Assembly: GCA_000934665.2 (NCBI GenBank)
Contig: JYFJ02002673.1
Span: 1 to 52,839, forward strand
From: Catajapyx aquilonaris
Lineage: Eukaryota
Reading direction: 5' to 3'
Length of the DNA stretch: 52,839 nucleotides
The stretch's first letter is position 1. Each line of letters begins with the position of its first letter. This document shows, piece by piece, positions 28,705 through 40,018 of the stretch. The notes beneath the pieces were generated by a model, which had not been told where the DNA came from, did no database searches, and saw only the letters and a program-made list of their open reading frames with translations. Position numbers and translations under genes: made by a program.

Positions 28705-29244
28705 CCGTATTACCTCTCAAAAAGCGGCATGCCGGTGTAGTCGAGGTCTACCAGTTTTTAGAAATGCATGATCTGGTGGCTATACTGGCATGACGGCATA
28801 CGGAGAGGTTTCACATAAGTTACATTATCCTTTCCGAACTTGACATTTGCCTGAAAATCTAAATTCATGTAAAGGCTATCGAAAAGGCACATTTTCCTAA
28901 TAGGGTACCCGTACCATAATTATATTGTTTTCAATTGCAGTGTCTGGCAATAATCTGTATTTAAATAGTATGTTGGAGCAGGGGGTGTACCCCTGTCAAA
29001 GCAGGCTGGCAATGTGGGATTTGTCACGCACTCTACATTTTTATATGCACTGTGCAACAGAACTGGCATATTCTCACAGAATGTACACTTGCCCATTTTC
29101 ATTGTAACATTATTTTAGTACTGCACCAGAAGCATTGCAAAAAATTTGTCAAGGGTCAAAATTACGGAAATCTACCTCGGTTATTGCAGCATGCTGGCCA
29201 CCCCTGCGTCATATCGGCATGCTGCTTTATGAGAGGTAATACAG
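28705..29244 (+). mobile_element. MITE, TA TSD, pogo/Tc2-like TIR
   Basis: TA|CCGTATTACCTCTCAAAAAGCGGCATGCCG ... CGGCATGCTGCTTTATGAGAGGTAATACAG|TA. A second copy lies at 50439-50770. Confidence 0.85.
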
Positions 29245-29412
29245 TAGGTCCTAAACACAACAATCCAAAGAAATACAAAACTGTGTGTGCAGTGTGTGGG
29301 CCAGCCTTTAGTTTATGCACTCCTCTCTGGTGCAACAGTACAACTTCTTGATTATGTATGTTGGAATAAGAAACGCACTAAATTCTCAACTTGTCAGACA
29401 TGACTCCAAGTA

Positions 29413-30116
29413 CAGTAGAACCCCGATTATCCGACTCCTCGGTATATCAGACTGTCCGTTCCAGCAATACATCTATTTTTCTTATCAAATACTGTAATAG
29501 ACTACCCATTTGTTTCGTATTACCTTAGTTAAATAATTGTAAATACAGTGGGGGAAGCACGGTGGCCGAGACTGTAATGCCTCGGCTTGCTGTGCGAGAG
29601 GTCCCGGGCTTGATCCCCGCCCGGTAGTTCCCTTTTGCCTGCGTCAGGAGGGTCTCTGACCTTGCGCCTTGGAGGCGTCTGGCAACCTAACCTCCAGGGA
29701 GACTGCACATGACCCTTTTTCAGACATTGCAGCTGCACCTCTCTCCCCTCCCCAAGAATCCCCATTCTTACCTCACCTCCTTTCTTCCCTGCACAGTGTT
29801 TGATGAAAAAACATGAAAATTGAATGGAATATGATGGTGTTCCATCTCCCTAAGAGGGTCTCTGGCCATATCAGAGGGTAATTTAAATAATAATAATAAT
29901 TTAAAAAAATGTAAATACAGTGCAGTAAAGTGGGTATGTAAATTATAAATACCTGGTTCACAATTTCTTAGAAAACCATAATCTTGTACATTAATTCATG
30001 TTTTGATACGTTGTTTGTTGGGTTTCATTAGTTTTATTTGCTCCTCGGATTATTTGACCTTTTTTGTTACGACCATGACCCGGTCCCATGAGTGACGGAT
30101 AATTTGGGTTCTACTG
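29413..30116. mobile_element. Tigger/pogo-like MITE interrupted by a SINE
   Basis: TA|CAGTAGAACCCCGATTATCCG ... CGGATAATTTGGGTTCTACTG|TA. Confidence 0.85.
29551..29909 (+). mobile_element. tRNA-derived SINE family A, copy 1
   Basis: A box GGTGGCCGAG, degenerate B box GGCTTGATCCC, A/TAA-rich tail. 13-bp TSD TGTAAATACAGTG (29538-29550, 29910-29922). Homologous to 42249-42616. Confidence 0.9.
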
Positions 30117-30354
30117 TACTGATAAAGATAAGCAGAAGGGTACACTGAAAGCAAAAATTGGTTTTAAAATAAATAGACAATCTTCCCTGACCATATATAT
30201 TTGACACAAAAAAATCCAAGTTTGTGAGAATGAGCAACTATAGATACAGATCATTAAAAAATAAGGAGAACCACTCTTCGAACTATGGTGACAGTTAAAA
30301 AAATTCACAAATCAAACCCTCTCCCTTTTAGTTAGTAACCATCACCAAATATTA

Positions 30355-31790
30355 CACTAGTCAACAAGGGTTTTGGCACATGAACAATTTTAGCTGTTTC
30401 TAATGCATTCATATGCGCTGATTCCGAATATGAAGTCAGAAAGTTGTCCATCACTCTATTTTTTTTGTAACAGCCATACCTAATTTTGCAGAAAGTACAC
30501 TGCACACTGCTCAATATGACTAATACACGGCCAACAATGGTTTTGTTAAATGGGCCATTTTCACTTAATACAATGTATTAGTATGTGCTGAGTTTGAATT
30601 TGAAGTCAAAATGTTTCTATCAGCATCCATTTTCTTGTAACAGGCCCTACTCTCCTGAGAGTAGGCATATTTTGCATAGCTCAATATTATTAATTTATTG
30701 GGCAACATTGGGTTTTGTTTAAGGCACCATTTTTGGTGTCTCTCATGAATTAGCAGGCGCTAATTGTGAATATGAAGTCAGAATTTTAATATCGGCATCC
30801 ATTTTCTTGTAACAAGTGCATACCTTGTTTTTTAGAATTACTGCACATTGCTCATTGTCACCTTATGCATATTATTTGTAAACATTATACCATATGAGGA
30901 TTTCGGTATATCTACAATGGGAGCATCATAACTAATCCATACCAAGCCCTATTAGTCATTACTGACTCAGAAATTTATTTCAAAGTGTATGACTCTAGCC
31001 TATTAAGAGAGGTTTTTTGATACCTTATAAATGCCAATTACTCAAAAACTGTAGGTGATAGAAAATATCGGTTAACATATTTGAAATCAGCACAAAGAAT
31101 ACCATAAGAATCGCACATTTATGTAAATGTGCCAGAAAAATGTTAATTTTGTTGATCAGTGATACAAATGAAGTACTTTTTTTTTACAGTGAAATGCCAA
31201 TTACTCAAAAACTACAGGTGATAGTCAAATGGTTGACACAGCCCTATGACACTCCTCGAATAAGGCCATGTAATAACTGTGTCACATCGGTTGCTAAGAC
31301 GCCATCTTGTTCAAGGTGCAGCTCCTGTGGTAGGTAGCTGGTAGTCTGCCGCGATTGGATGGATCTTTCTTTCCTTCCGCAGACTCACCACTAGAGTGCA
31401 CCTTGAAAAAGATGGCGGATAGCGAACGATGTAGCGCCACCAGCGCCAAATTCCCAGTCTGGCGGAGACACAGAAATTAAACTACCGTATCCATACAAAT
31501 AGGGGGGGATGTGACAGGGGGCTGGGTTGACAGATTTGAAATCAGGGCAGAGAGTACTATAGGAATCGCACATTCATGTACATGTGCCAATATAATTGCA
31601 ATTTTGTCGATCAGTGCTACATATACATTGAAGGAAGTTCATTGCTATCATAAAATGCTAATATCTCAAAAACTGTGGGTGAGAGAAGAAATTGGTTAAC
31701 ATATTTTTTGAAATCAGCGCAAAAATACACTGAGAATTTCACATTCAAGTCCATGTGCCAGAAAAAAAAGTTCAATTTTGTTGACTAGTG
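30355..31790. mobile_element. Non-autonomous Chapaev3-like element with triplicated ends
   Basis: TTA|CACTAGTCAACAA ... TTGTTGACTAGTG|TTA (13-bp perfect TIR, 3-bp TSD). ~171-nt repeats at the left end; three right-end copies ending at 31161, 31616 and 31790. Confidence 0.85.
31239..31524. mobile_element. hAT-like MITE nested in the Chapaev-like element
   Basis: 8-bp TSD GGTTGACA (31231-31238, 31525-31532); CAGCCC...GGGCTG termini; internal inverted repeat CGCCATCTTGTTCAAGGTGCA / TGCACCTTGAAAAAGATGGCG. Confidence 0.8.
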
Positions 31791-32909
31791 TTATTATTAG
31801 ATCATTGAGAAATAATCAAAATTATATTTTCATTTTAGGAAATAAAAAGATACACAAATGAGGTGCAAAAGTACTGCTTGGAAGTGACATTCATAATTCA
31901 AGCTCTCCCTTTCTAAACATCACCTGCTTATAGCCACATGTAATACCATGGTCAAAAAGATGAAGACATTCCATCATGAGAAATTCCAATAACTTCAGTG
32001 GAAAACCAACGATATCTGTGCTGCACATCATTCACATTGGAGCAGACATTGCTGGAATTCCCATGAAGTCATTCGAGGTAATCATGATGAAAAGTAATCA
32101 TCTCTGTAACTAGGCTAGTACATGGAGATAATCATCATTGCAATCAAATAAGTGGATGAAGTTTGCATAGGATCTCTTCCATCACAACAAATCTGACTTG
32201 GCAGCAGGCTACCAAACTAAATATACCAATTGCAAATATGTAGCTTGTCCAATGTCAAAAGTGACGTTTTGAAAGCAGTTCTTGGGAATCTCCTGAGGTA
32301 TACTTACATCCTGCATTACGTTGGGCCTTTGTACAAATCTGTCGAGTTCAGTATGAACAGATGAATGGAGTAGAGCTCTCCTGCTCTCAAACCCCATCCA
32401 AGGTACATACAGTAGTCAAGGCCCATTCCAATCTGTCGTTATGTCATTAGAATAATCACAGATATACAGGTTTCATTCTTTCATCTCAAAAAACAACTGA
32501 TATCAGCAAATTCACTACATCTCAAAACTCATACCCAGGATATAAAAATGCCAATAAAAAATTTTAAAAGGCAAAGCACTGCCTAAGAGAAGACTGGGGA
32601 AAAAAGTGATGTGGTCATGCCTGCGAACCAACATTGGACATGTTCGCAACTTCGAGTTCCTTTACAGATAACACTTTCGCCACTGACTATATCATCACCT
32701 CCCTCTCTAAGGCATTGCTCATGAACGTGACACCAGCAGTGAGTGTACTGTATTATTGTCACGTCACCCAAAGCAGGATCACAAAGACTTTGCCATTTCT
32801 GCCAGCGACAATCAAATGCGCTCCTTCAACTTTGAAATGCCTTCATTGTGACATCGCCAAATGGGAAAAATGACAAACACTTTGCAACAAGTGCCATGGC
32901 AAACCTGTC

Positions 32910-33146
32910 TCATTTCTTGCCACCACCCCACCCCCACAGTCCCTTGACGAATCCAGTAAGCCCACTGGCTTGCTTCTGTTCAATCTCATCTTCCAATGAA
33001 GGGAACTGAATGCGGTTGAGAGCTAGGTCAAAGAACAGCGGCTTACAGGGAATGGGCTTGAAGTTGGGTGGGAACGAGATGACGTTGGGATGTGCACTGG
33101 TCAAGCTGGGATCTTCATAATATTGCTCCAGTCGGTCAGCTAACGG
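32910..33146 (-). CDS. SRP68: SRP68 exon 11 (last coding exon, stop TGA)
   Basis: gctttacag|PLADRLEQYYEDPSL...FPPNFKPIPCKPLFFDLALNRIQFPSLEDEIEQKQASGLTGFVKGLWGWGGGKK*. PIPCKPLFFDLA is the conserved C-terminal SRP68 motif. Confidence 0.97.
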   Translation of the reverse strand, partial: PLADRLEQYYEDPSLTSAHPNVISFPPNFKPIPCKPLFFDLALNRIQFPSLEDEIEQKQASGLTGFVKGLWGWGGGKK

Positions 33147-34256
33147 CTGTAAAGCAAATATTTCAGCATCATACACTTTTTATAACATGAGCACTTTGGA
33201 GTCATTGTGATTAGACTTGTAATTGGGACGCCACAGTGGATCATCAAACAGCCAGTATGACTGCTATGTTTCTAACACAAAAGCAGTGGCAGTTATGCTG
33301 CACCAGCCAGCATGATATGTTTAGGCCAGGCTGAATCATGTGAGGGCATAGTGAGGAGGAAACAATTTTACCCAGTTAAACCCACATCACCTATCCTGCA
33401 CTACTTCGATGGATTTTTATGAATGTAATAGTCCAAATCATAAATCTGGTCATGAATCTCATAATTATCTGCCAATAAAACCTGTCAACCTGCTCACGAA
33501 CTAGTTGTGGACAAATGAGCTAGAAGAAATTTGCCATTGTAAAATGGCATCATCATAGAAATTCTTGGGAGTTCAAGCTGACTGAGATGTCAGTGGTCAT
33601 ATCACAAATGGGTACCAGATTCGCTGTGTGCCTACTTGGACTTAAAGTAATTGAAGGAAGGGGCCAAGCGCCGGCACTAAAGCCTAGCCAATATGCCGCT
33701 CTACCATCATGGGGGTCGGAGGGGGAAACCTATATGAAAAAAACGGCGTTGCACTGGGGTGCTCCACTGGATAGCTATCCTTCCACCACCCACCCTTTCA
33801 TGCCCTCCCTACCCTCAGTTCACATGTGGGTGGACCCTATGCTTTCATTCAGTGCTGAAAAAATATTGCATACTGCAGCAGATTCATTGCACTATCTGTG
33901 CAGGTAGGAATATTGCAACTATTTCAGTATTACCAGCATACATAATTAGGTGTTATAGGTGGTCCAGGAAAAGACTGCAGGGCCATGTGGGCTTTTCCAA
34001 CTATTGAGCCCACCCCACCACCTCATCCCTTGTTTGCTCTGAAGAAATGTACAGATGCCATGTGGGAATTTTTTTTTTCAACATGGGTATGGCATATTCA
34101 GGGTTCCTTTTGCATCTGGCAACTCTAATTCAAAACCCCAGAAAACTCATGCAGTCTGCTCCTGGACTGACTTACACCTATGACCAGGCTTAGTTTTTCC
34201 ATAAGAGTTCCAAAATCACCCCAAGTGTAATGAAAGATGTTAGTATATTCAAGTTA

Positions 34257-34536
34257 CTCTCCGATTCACATAAGTGTGAACCTTTTTGGATATCCATACG
34301 CCCGAGGGGTCAGTGAGCTGCCGCAAAATTAGTCCCCAGTATCTCTGGCTTTCTTGAAGGAACAGTGCTGGTACATGTAATTCAAATACCTAATTATCAT
34401 GGGCAGCCCATGCGGTAGCTGCAGCACTACACAAACTGCACAATTTGTTGTGAGGAGCGGTATGGCCCGGAATAGTGGGCACTACTTTTGGGCGTATGGA
34501 TATCCAAAAAGGTTTACTCTTATGTCAATCGTAAAG
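34257..34536. mobile_element. MITE with ~47-bp TIRs, TA TSD (SRP68 intron 10)
   Basis: ...CATAAGTGTGAACCTTTTTGGATATCCATACGCCC is inverted at the right end; TA on both flanks. Confidence 0.8.
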
Positions 34537-34651
34537 TAGGTTTCATTGTCAAGAACCAAATTTTTGTTTGAGATGTAGCAGTTTAAAGTATGTGGTCATG
34601 AGCAACACAGATTAAGAGTCACTTGGAGCAGAATTTTATCAAGGGACTCAC

Positions 34652-34892
34652 CTTCTTCTGCACTCCCTTGCTGACTGGAATAGTTGTCTCTTCCGTGCTG
34701 ATAATGCTGTGGGCACGAGCTGAGTACTTCTTCCCATCAATGTCTAGCTTCAACTTGGCAAGTTGTGAGGTCAAAGCAGAATCCTTCAGTCCTCTCAGAG
34801 ATTTGTCCAAGTATTCCTCAGCACGTTGGAGTAAAGCTACAGATTCTGGCCAACGCTGCTCACCAATAAATATGGTGGCAATATAGAAACAC
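34652..34892 (-). CDS. SRP68: SRP68 exon 10 (241 nt)
   Basis: tttattctag|...AAG|gtgagt; CFYIATIFIGEQRWPESVALLQRAEEY...KKYSARAHSIISTEETTIPVSKGVQKK. Confidence 0.95.
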
Positions 34893-34965
34893 CTAGAATA
34901 AAACATTATGTTAATCTCTCAGTACCATACACAGTATAAAATTATTTTTGATGAAGTTCAAAGAC

Positions 34966-35129
34966 CTAAAGGCTTTGTATGCAAGTGTTTGCAGCTCAAA
35001 CTTCTGTTGAAAATCCATGTCATCTTCTAGGCTTGGGAGTTGCTGTAGCTCATTCAGATTGTGTATGATAATATCATACAGGCGTATGAGGTCCTGGGGT
35101 CTTGGTGGCTTCTTCGTTCCAGTTGCAGC
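34966..35129 (-). CDS. SRP68: SRP68 exon 9 (164 nt)
   Basis: caattttag|...TTTAG|gtcttt; AATGTKKPPRPQDLIRLYDIIIHNLNELQQLPSLEDDMDFQQKFELQTLAYKAFR. This frame is not in the supplied ORF track. Confidence 0.96.
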
Positions 35130-35269
35130 CTAAAATTGAAGAGTCATAATGCCAAATGCTGCATCTGGAGCAATAAATCTGAGGACATGGAATTATTGGG
35201 ATGGAAGCGAAATCCTTGTCCCATTTCCTTGTCCCAATTATTTGCCAACTTAAGCAACTGACGGCACTA

Positions 35270-35313
35270 TGTCCCATTTGAAGTGAAAAATACTTTTCAC
35301 TTCAAACGTGACA
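35270..35313. repeat. 20-bp stem hairpin (18/20 paired) in SRP68 intron 8
   Basis: TGTCCCATTTGAAGTGAAAA-atac-TTTTCACTTCAAACGTGACA. Confidence 0.8.
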
Positions 35314-35961
35314 GGCAAAAAGCGCCAGAAGGAGGCCACACATTAGGTTGATATTGTCATTTTTCCTCCTTTGCCCCAATCCCCAGATCAAGCCAAGCAC
35401 AGGTGAACCCCATTTTATGACAGGGTTAGGTTCCAGCAAAACAAGATAGTAAAATGAAAGTTGTAAAACGAGAATAAATTATAATGCACCTGGAAAAACA
35501 AAAGCTCCTTTCACGTTTGGACTCAGAAGTGTTGCAGCAGTGCATTACAGTTTCGACTTTCCAGTTATTTTCAATATTTGAATTTTTTTCTTCTTTGAAT
35601 TTTTCACTTTTTTTTTTAGGTAACTTTGAAAAGGTCATTAATGTGAAATGTCATAAAATCGGGGCTACCTGTAGTCAAGTCACATCTTCTCTCCCCATAC
35701 CAGTGGACTATACCAGAACTGCTGAAACAACACTGTTCTGTTCATTCAAAATTTATGATCGGCCAAATACACATTGTGCCACTCACTCATGCTTGGAAGA
35801 ACCAATATCAGCTTGCTTCAGGTGAATTTCCCCCCAAATAGCCTTGCCCCCAAGCTGACCTTAATGTGCTTCCTTCTCTCAAGGCATTACTGGACAGACA
35901 CAATGCCTATCTTCAGTGCCATATGTAGTCAGGATATAAGGTGGATCAAATAGTGACTCAC

Positions 35962-36117
35962 AGATTGTGCCTCACTGCCAAGTGCTTTTGAAAGGTTGTC
36001 CACCATCAGCAGATTTCGTTCAATGGTTTTGGTGAGACGCACATAAGACAAATAGGCAAGAAGGTAGTTGCGTGTTGGCAGTGGCCCTTCTGTTATGTTT
36101 GTCCGACCCTTAGTAGC
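35962..36117 (-). CDS. SRP68: SRP68 exon 8 (156 nt)
   Basis: atgtttcag|...TCT|gtgagt; ATKGRTNITEGPLPTRNYLLAYLSYVRLTKTIERNLLMVDNLSKALGSEAQS. Confidence 0.93.
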
Positions 36118-36174
36118 CTGAAACATAAAGAGATTAGTCATTGTGACCAGTTCTAGGGCTGCCAACACACTCAC

Positions 36175-36414
36175 AGGATCAGCCTTTATGTCATCTCGCA
36201 GGGCCTGAATTGCATCTTTGCTTTCAAGGAGCAGTGCCTCGTAGAGTGACAACCGCGTCACGTTATCACTAGCACGAGACACCTCGTTCTCAAACTCTTG
36301 CACAGCCAAAAGGAAAGTCCGCACCTTCTCATCAATCACTGGAACAGTGCGCCCTCTCCAGGTTACCTCTGATAGTGTTGCAGCTTGCTTCTCTCGAGTT
36401 TGTGCAATCAAGGC
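36175..36414 (-). CDS. SRP68: SRP68 exon 7 (240 nt)
   Basis: gcttaacag|...CCT|gtgagt; ALIAQTREKQAATLSEVTWRGRTVPVIDEKVRTFLL...ALRDDIKADP. Confidence 0.96.
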
Positions 36415-36424
36415 CTGTTAAGCA

Positions 36425-36512
36425 ATAGTGATAATAATAATGACGACGACGACAAAAATGACAATAACAACACCATCAACAGCAGCAGCAACAACAACAA
36501 CAACAATAATGA
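36425..36512. repeat. Compound trinucleotide microsatellite (AAT/GAC/AAC/CAG) next to the exon 7 acceptor
   Basis: Read directly from the sequence. Confidence 0.8.
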
Positions 36513-36575
36513 GATGCTAAGTGACAAGCCCATGGCTTTGTAGGGGATTGTCTTTGAACTTTATTACAATCACTT

Positions 36576-36927
36576 GGGGAGACTGAGTGGCGCCGCGGTA
36601 ACGTGCGCGCCCACGGATGTTAAGGTCCCGGGTTCGATCCCAGCCCGGGGACACCCCCTTCATCTCGTGCAGAGTTTAGGGCCATCTCTGACTTCGTCTC
36701 GGGTGGTATTTCCTATAGACTAAACCACCCAGGGGAGCTCACAAAATGACCACATATGTCATTGCACTGCACTTGCACATCCCCTCCTGTCATCCTCCCT
36801 ATCGCTCGCGGTACCCGGGCGTTACGGCATAAGGACCAACTGTATCAAGCTTGTACAAATTTAAGCATAAAATAAAGGTACTGTGCTGATGCCCTAGGGC
36901 GGTGCACTAAAACCCCAAAAACCCCAA
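36576..36927 (+). mobile_element. tRNA-derived SINE family B (SRP68 intron 6, antisense)
   Basis: A box AGTGGCGCCGCGG, B box GGTTCGATCCC, tail AAAACCCC x2. 14-bp TSD TATTACAATCACTT (36562-36575, 36928-36941). Confidence 0.9.
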
Positions 36928-37676
36928 TATTACAATCACTTTGCTGCTAATGGATTTTGAACATGGGAGGGATAAGAAGAACCCTGATAAAACAAGTGAA
37001 AATATGCACACAATCCATCAAAATTCTTCCCACATAAGAAAATCCTCTGCCCATTTCAAGGATTGAACTCTCCTCAGAGGTGGAATCGCTATGACCTAAA
37101 CCACATACAACCATGCTACCCTTAATTTCACTCTCTTGAAGGCGGAGCCACATTTTGTACCCCACACTGCCTTTTGAACTTAAATGCAGAGCTATTTAAA
37201 GAGATAAATGTATGGAGTGACTGATTAATTATTCATAATGAACTAATCTAGAAACATCTTCAGCACAGTAATTATTCATTGGGGCATGTTGGAATTTTCA
37301 GAATTTCTGTTTGACCGAAATGACATCATTGCAATTTTTATAATGTTTAAGGTATGTTTTGCTGTTACATAATAAAACTACAGTACTATATGTGAATTTA
37401 GGAACAGATGCGTTCCTAAATGGATATTTACGTCAATAAGTAGCTTTGTCCTAGTTGACTACATGCGAACATGTAATGTAATACCATGGCCTTTGTCGGG
37501 GGGCTCTGCAGGGTGGGTGACATTGGTGGCAATAAACCTCCAATAAAGAATTTCTGCTCAGGCCAGAGCCCATTTGGAAAGCCCTTGCATTTCACTAGTC
37601 ACTAGTGGATTGTACATCACATTTTGAGAACCGCTGTTGAGGTAATAACTGTCCCTTTTGCTAATCACAATATTTA

Positions 37677-38340
37677 GTTGGAGAGCTAGGATAAGCCTGA
37701 GTTACATATTCTCATGGGAGCATGTATGGGGTCATTTAACAGTAACTAGGCACCAACTTGCCAAAATTTGGCAAAATTGCAAAAGTGGACAGAGAGAAGG
37801 AGAGAAGGGGAGAAGGGGAGGGGGAGAGAGAGGGGAGAGAGGGAGGGAGGGACGCACGGAGAGAAACGCAGACCAGGCAGTGACATCCGATGGTGACATC
37901 CCGAAGTAAGAGGTGGCGCCCCGCGACCGAGATGGGAACTCCGTGGAAAGGCTGCAGCCTTTTTTTTAAACAGTCGGCGTCATGGTCGGTGGTTTTTCCG
38001 TTTTATAAATTCCCTGGCCACTTTTCCCAAAAAGACAAAAGTTGTTTGCAAATATAGAAAACTCGGGCTAAATTTAGACAAAACTCCCAAAGCTGTAGGC
38101 CTCAGTCGGGTATTAATAATATAGATATCCACTTCAGTGTCACATATGAATGTAAGCAACAGTACTTCTCCCTCTCCCATTCTGCCCAGATGAATTCCAG
38201 CCTTGTGACTGATCAAATGTCCTAAACTTTCTTCACAAAAAGTGGCAACAAATTCTGGTCGTGGCACAGGAGTTGGTGCATCCAATTTACATGCTCCCAT
38301 GAGAATATTATGTAACTCAGGCTTATCCTAGCTCTCCAAC
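37677..38340. mobile_element. MITE with ~50-bp TIRs, TA flanks (SRP68 intron 6)
   Basis: GTTGGAGAGCTAGGATAAGCCTGAGTTACATA...TTCTCATGGGAGCATGTA is inverted at the right end; internal GA-rich tract at ~37790-37850. Confidence 0.85.
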
Positions 38341-38527
38341 TAACTCCACCTTCTTCACAAATATCATGTGAAAACCATTAGTGGGACTACATTGTTCCCA
38401 AAACCATTACAGTCTCTGACTCTGCAGATTGAACAAACTTATTTGGATATACTGTAATGTATTGTGGATAATCTGGGTCACGTGAAAAATTTAAATTAAT
38501 CTGAAAGTCCAAAGTTCAACAACATAC

Positions 38528-38708
38528 ATCCAAATTGGCAATGCTTCCAGCGCCTTTTCCACGCATCTTCAGGAGGTCTTGGCGGGCACTCTCATCACCT
38601 ATGTTGTAGGCACAGTAGCGGAGGCTTGGGGATAGCTCATCAACTCTTTGGCGGTACAAATGATGTTCGTCTTCATTCACAACAGCTGCCAGCTTTTCGT
38701 AGATCATT
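38528..38708 (-). CDS. SRP68: SRP68 exon 6 (181 nt)
   Basis: ctccctag|...GAT|gtatgt; MIYEKLAAVVNEDEHHLYRQRVDELSPSLRYCAYNIGDESARQDLLKMRGKGAGSIANLD. Confidence 0.96.
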
Positions 38709-38772
38709 CTAGGGAGATATAAAGTACCGGTATGTAAAAATAAAAACAACATTAAAATCCCGGTTAACGTAC

Positions 38773-38894
38773 TGAGCTTTCTGCAAGCTCTCCATTGCAG
38801 GTTTCCACAAGTGAAGCTCAAACTGCAGTGAACCTTGAATCCATGCATTGTATGCTTGGCCTTCTAATTTGGTTCTGGCATCGCACTTGTGGCT
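38773..38894 (-). CDS. SRP68: SRP68 exon 5 (122 nt)
   Basis: gtgtttcag|...GCTCA|gtacgt; SHKCDARTKLEGQAYNAWIQGSLQFELHLWKPAMESLQKA. Confidence 0.96.
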
Positions 38895-39278
38895 CTGAAA
38901 CACAAACAAATTGATATGAACATGTAATCTGGAAATTAGAAAGATAGTAATACCATGACCATTGCAAATCTGACATTTTGCTTAACCCAATATTACCATA
39001 CTATATGCCTAAGTAATGTTTTGCTGTGTGTGCATGTCTTGTTCTTATATTTCCCTTGAACAAATTTCTTCCGGCACATTTTGCCCTGATGTGGACCAAT
39101 GGCAGGTTATACGTAAGCAAATTAGAGAAAATGTACAATTACATACAGGAATTTTCAATATAAAATCTGACAGTCAGAGATTATCACCTAAATCTGTGGT
39201 TATACAATTGGCCTTTAATGTTGTATTCAAATAAATAACTACAGGGTCACAATTTGTTGCCTCACAGGCAACAACTTT

Positions 39279-40018
39279 ATCCCATTCAAAAACGCACTCG
39301 TAAAAAAGCGCCAAGTCTTCCGCTGAAAATAAAAAAACCTGTGAGATGGTGTCTGGGCGCCAAGCCTTGTCCACTCCGCCGTACAAAGTCGTGAGATCGT
39401 GGTGGACGGCAAGCCTTTCTTCGAGGCTATAAGCTAAGTGAGATGACTTGGCCGGACTTGGTTCACGGGCACGAGGAACAATACGCGTTCAGTTCGCTGG
39501 AATTTGGTCAAGTTACTGTTCTCCCAATTTTAGCTGTACGACTTTCAAGTCTAATTAACCGCGATTGTAATCATGTGCGGTTCGAAGGCGACATTTTGTA
39601 GTTCCTGTGATACGAATCAGAGGTCCAAGTATATTTATAATTCTTCTAATGAATCAAGGAACTGTATTTGTAATTTGAAGGTGGAGTTGTTACGTTACTG
39701 CTCCACCATTGACAGTTAAAAGTAAATATTCCATTCGAATGTCACATTTTTGGGTAATGGCTCTACCAATGAGTGTTTAAAGTTTACTTTCTATTGTATT
39801 AAACGACGTATCGCATTGTTCCTCGTGCCCGTGAACCAAGTCCGGCCAAGTCATCTCACTTAGCTTATAGCCTCGAAGAAAGGCTTGGCGTCCACCACGA
39901 TCTCACGACTTTGTACGGCGGAGTGGACAAGGCTTGGCGCCCAAACACCATCTCACAGGTTTTTTTATTTTCGGCGGAAGACTTGGCGCTTTTTTACGAG
40001 TGCGCTTTTGAATGGGAT
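39279..40018. mobile_element. Fold-back element with 204-bp inverted arms (SRP68 intron 4)
   Basis: 39279-39482 versus 39815-40018, 4 mismatches counted by eye, 332-nt spacer. No convincing TSD. Confidence 0.75.

Noticed and set aside
31791..32909. SRP68 polyadenylation signal and 3' UTR end
   Set aside because: I found no minus-strand AATAAA or ATTAAA here, only weak variants, so the transcript end is not called.
33163..33246. Box C/D snoRNA candidate (TGATGA...CTGA, minus strand) in SRP68 intron 10
   Set aside because: No terminal stem, no purine before box C, and box D is only 16 nt from the acceptor, too close for normal intronic processing.
36576..36655. tRNA gene (also the other A/B-box hits at 4770-4836, 29551, 42540-42616 and 48360-48430)
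   Set aside because: No complete cloverleaf; each continues into a SINE body with a tail, and most have TSDs.
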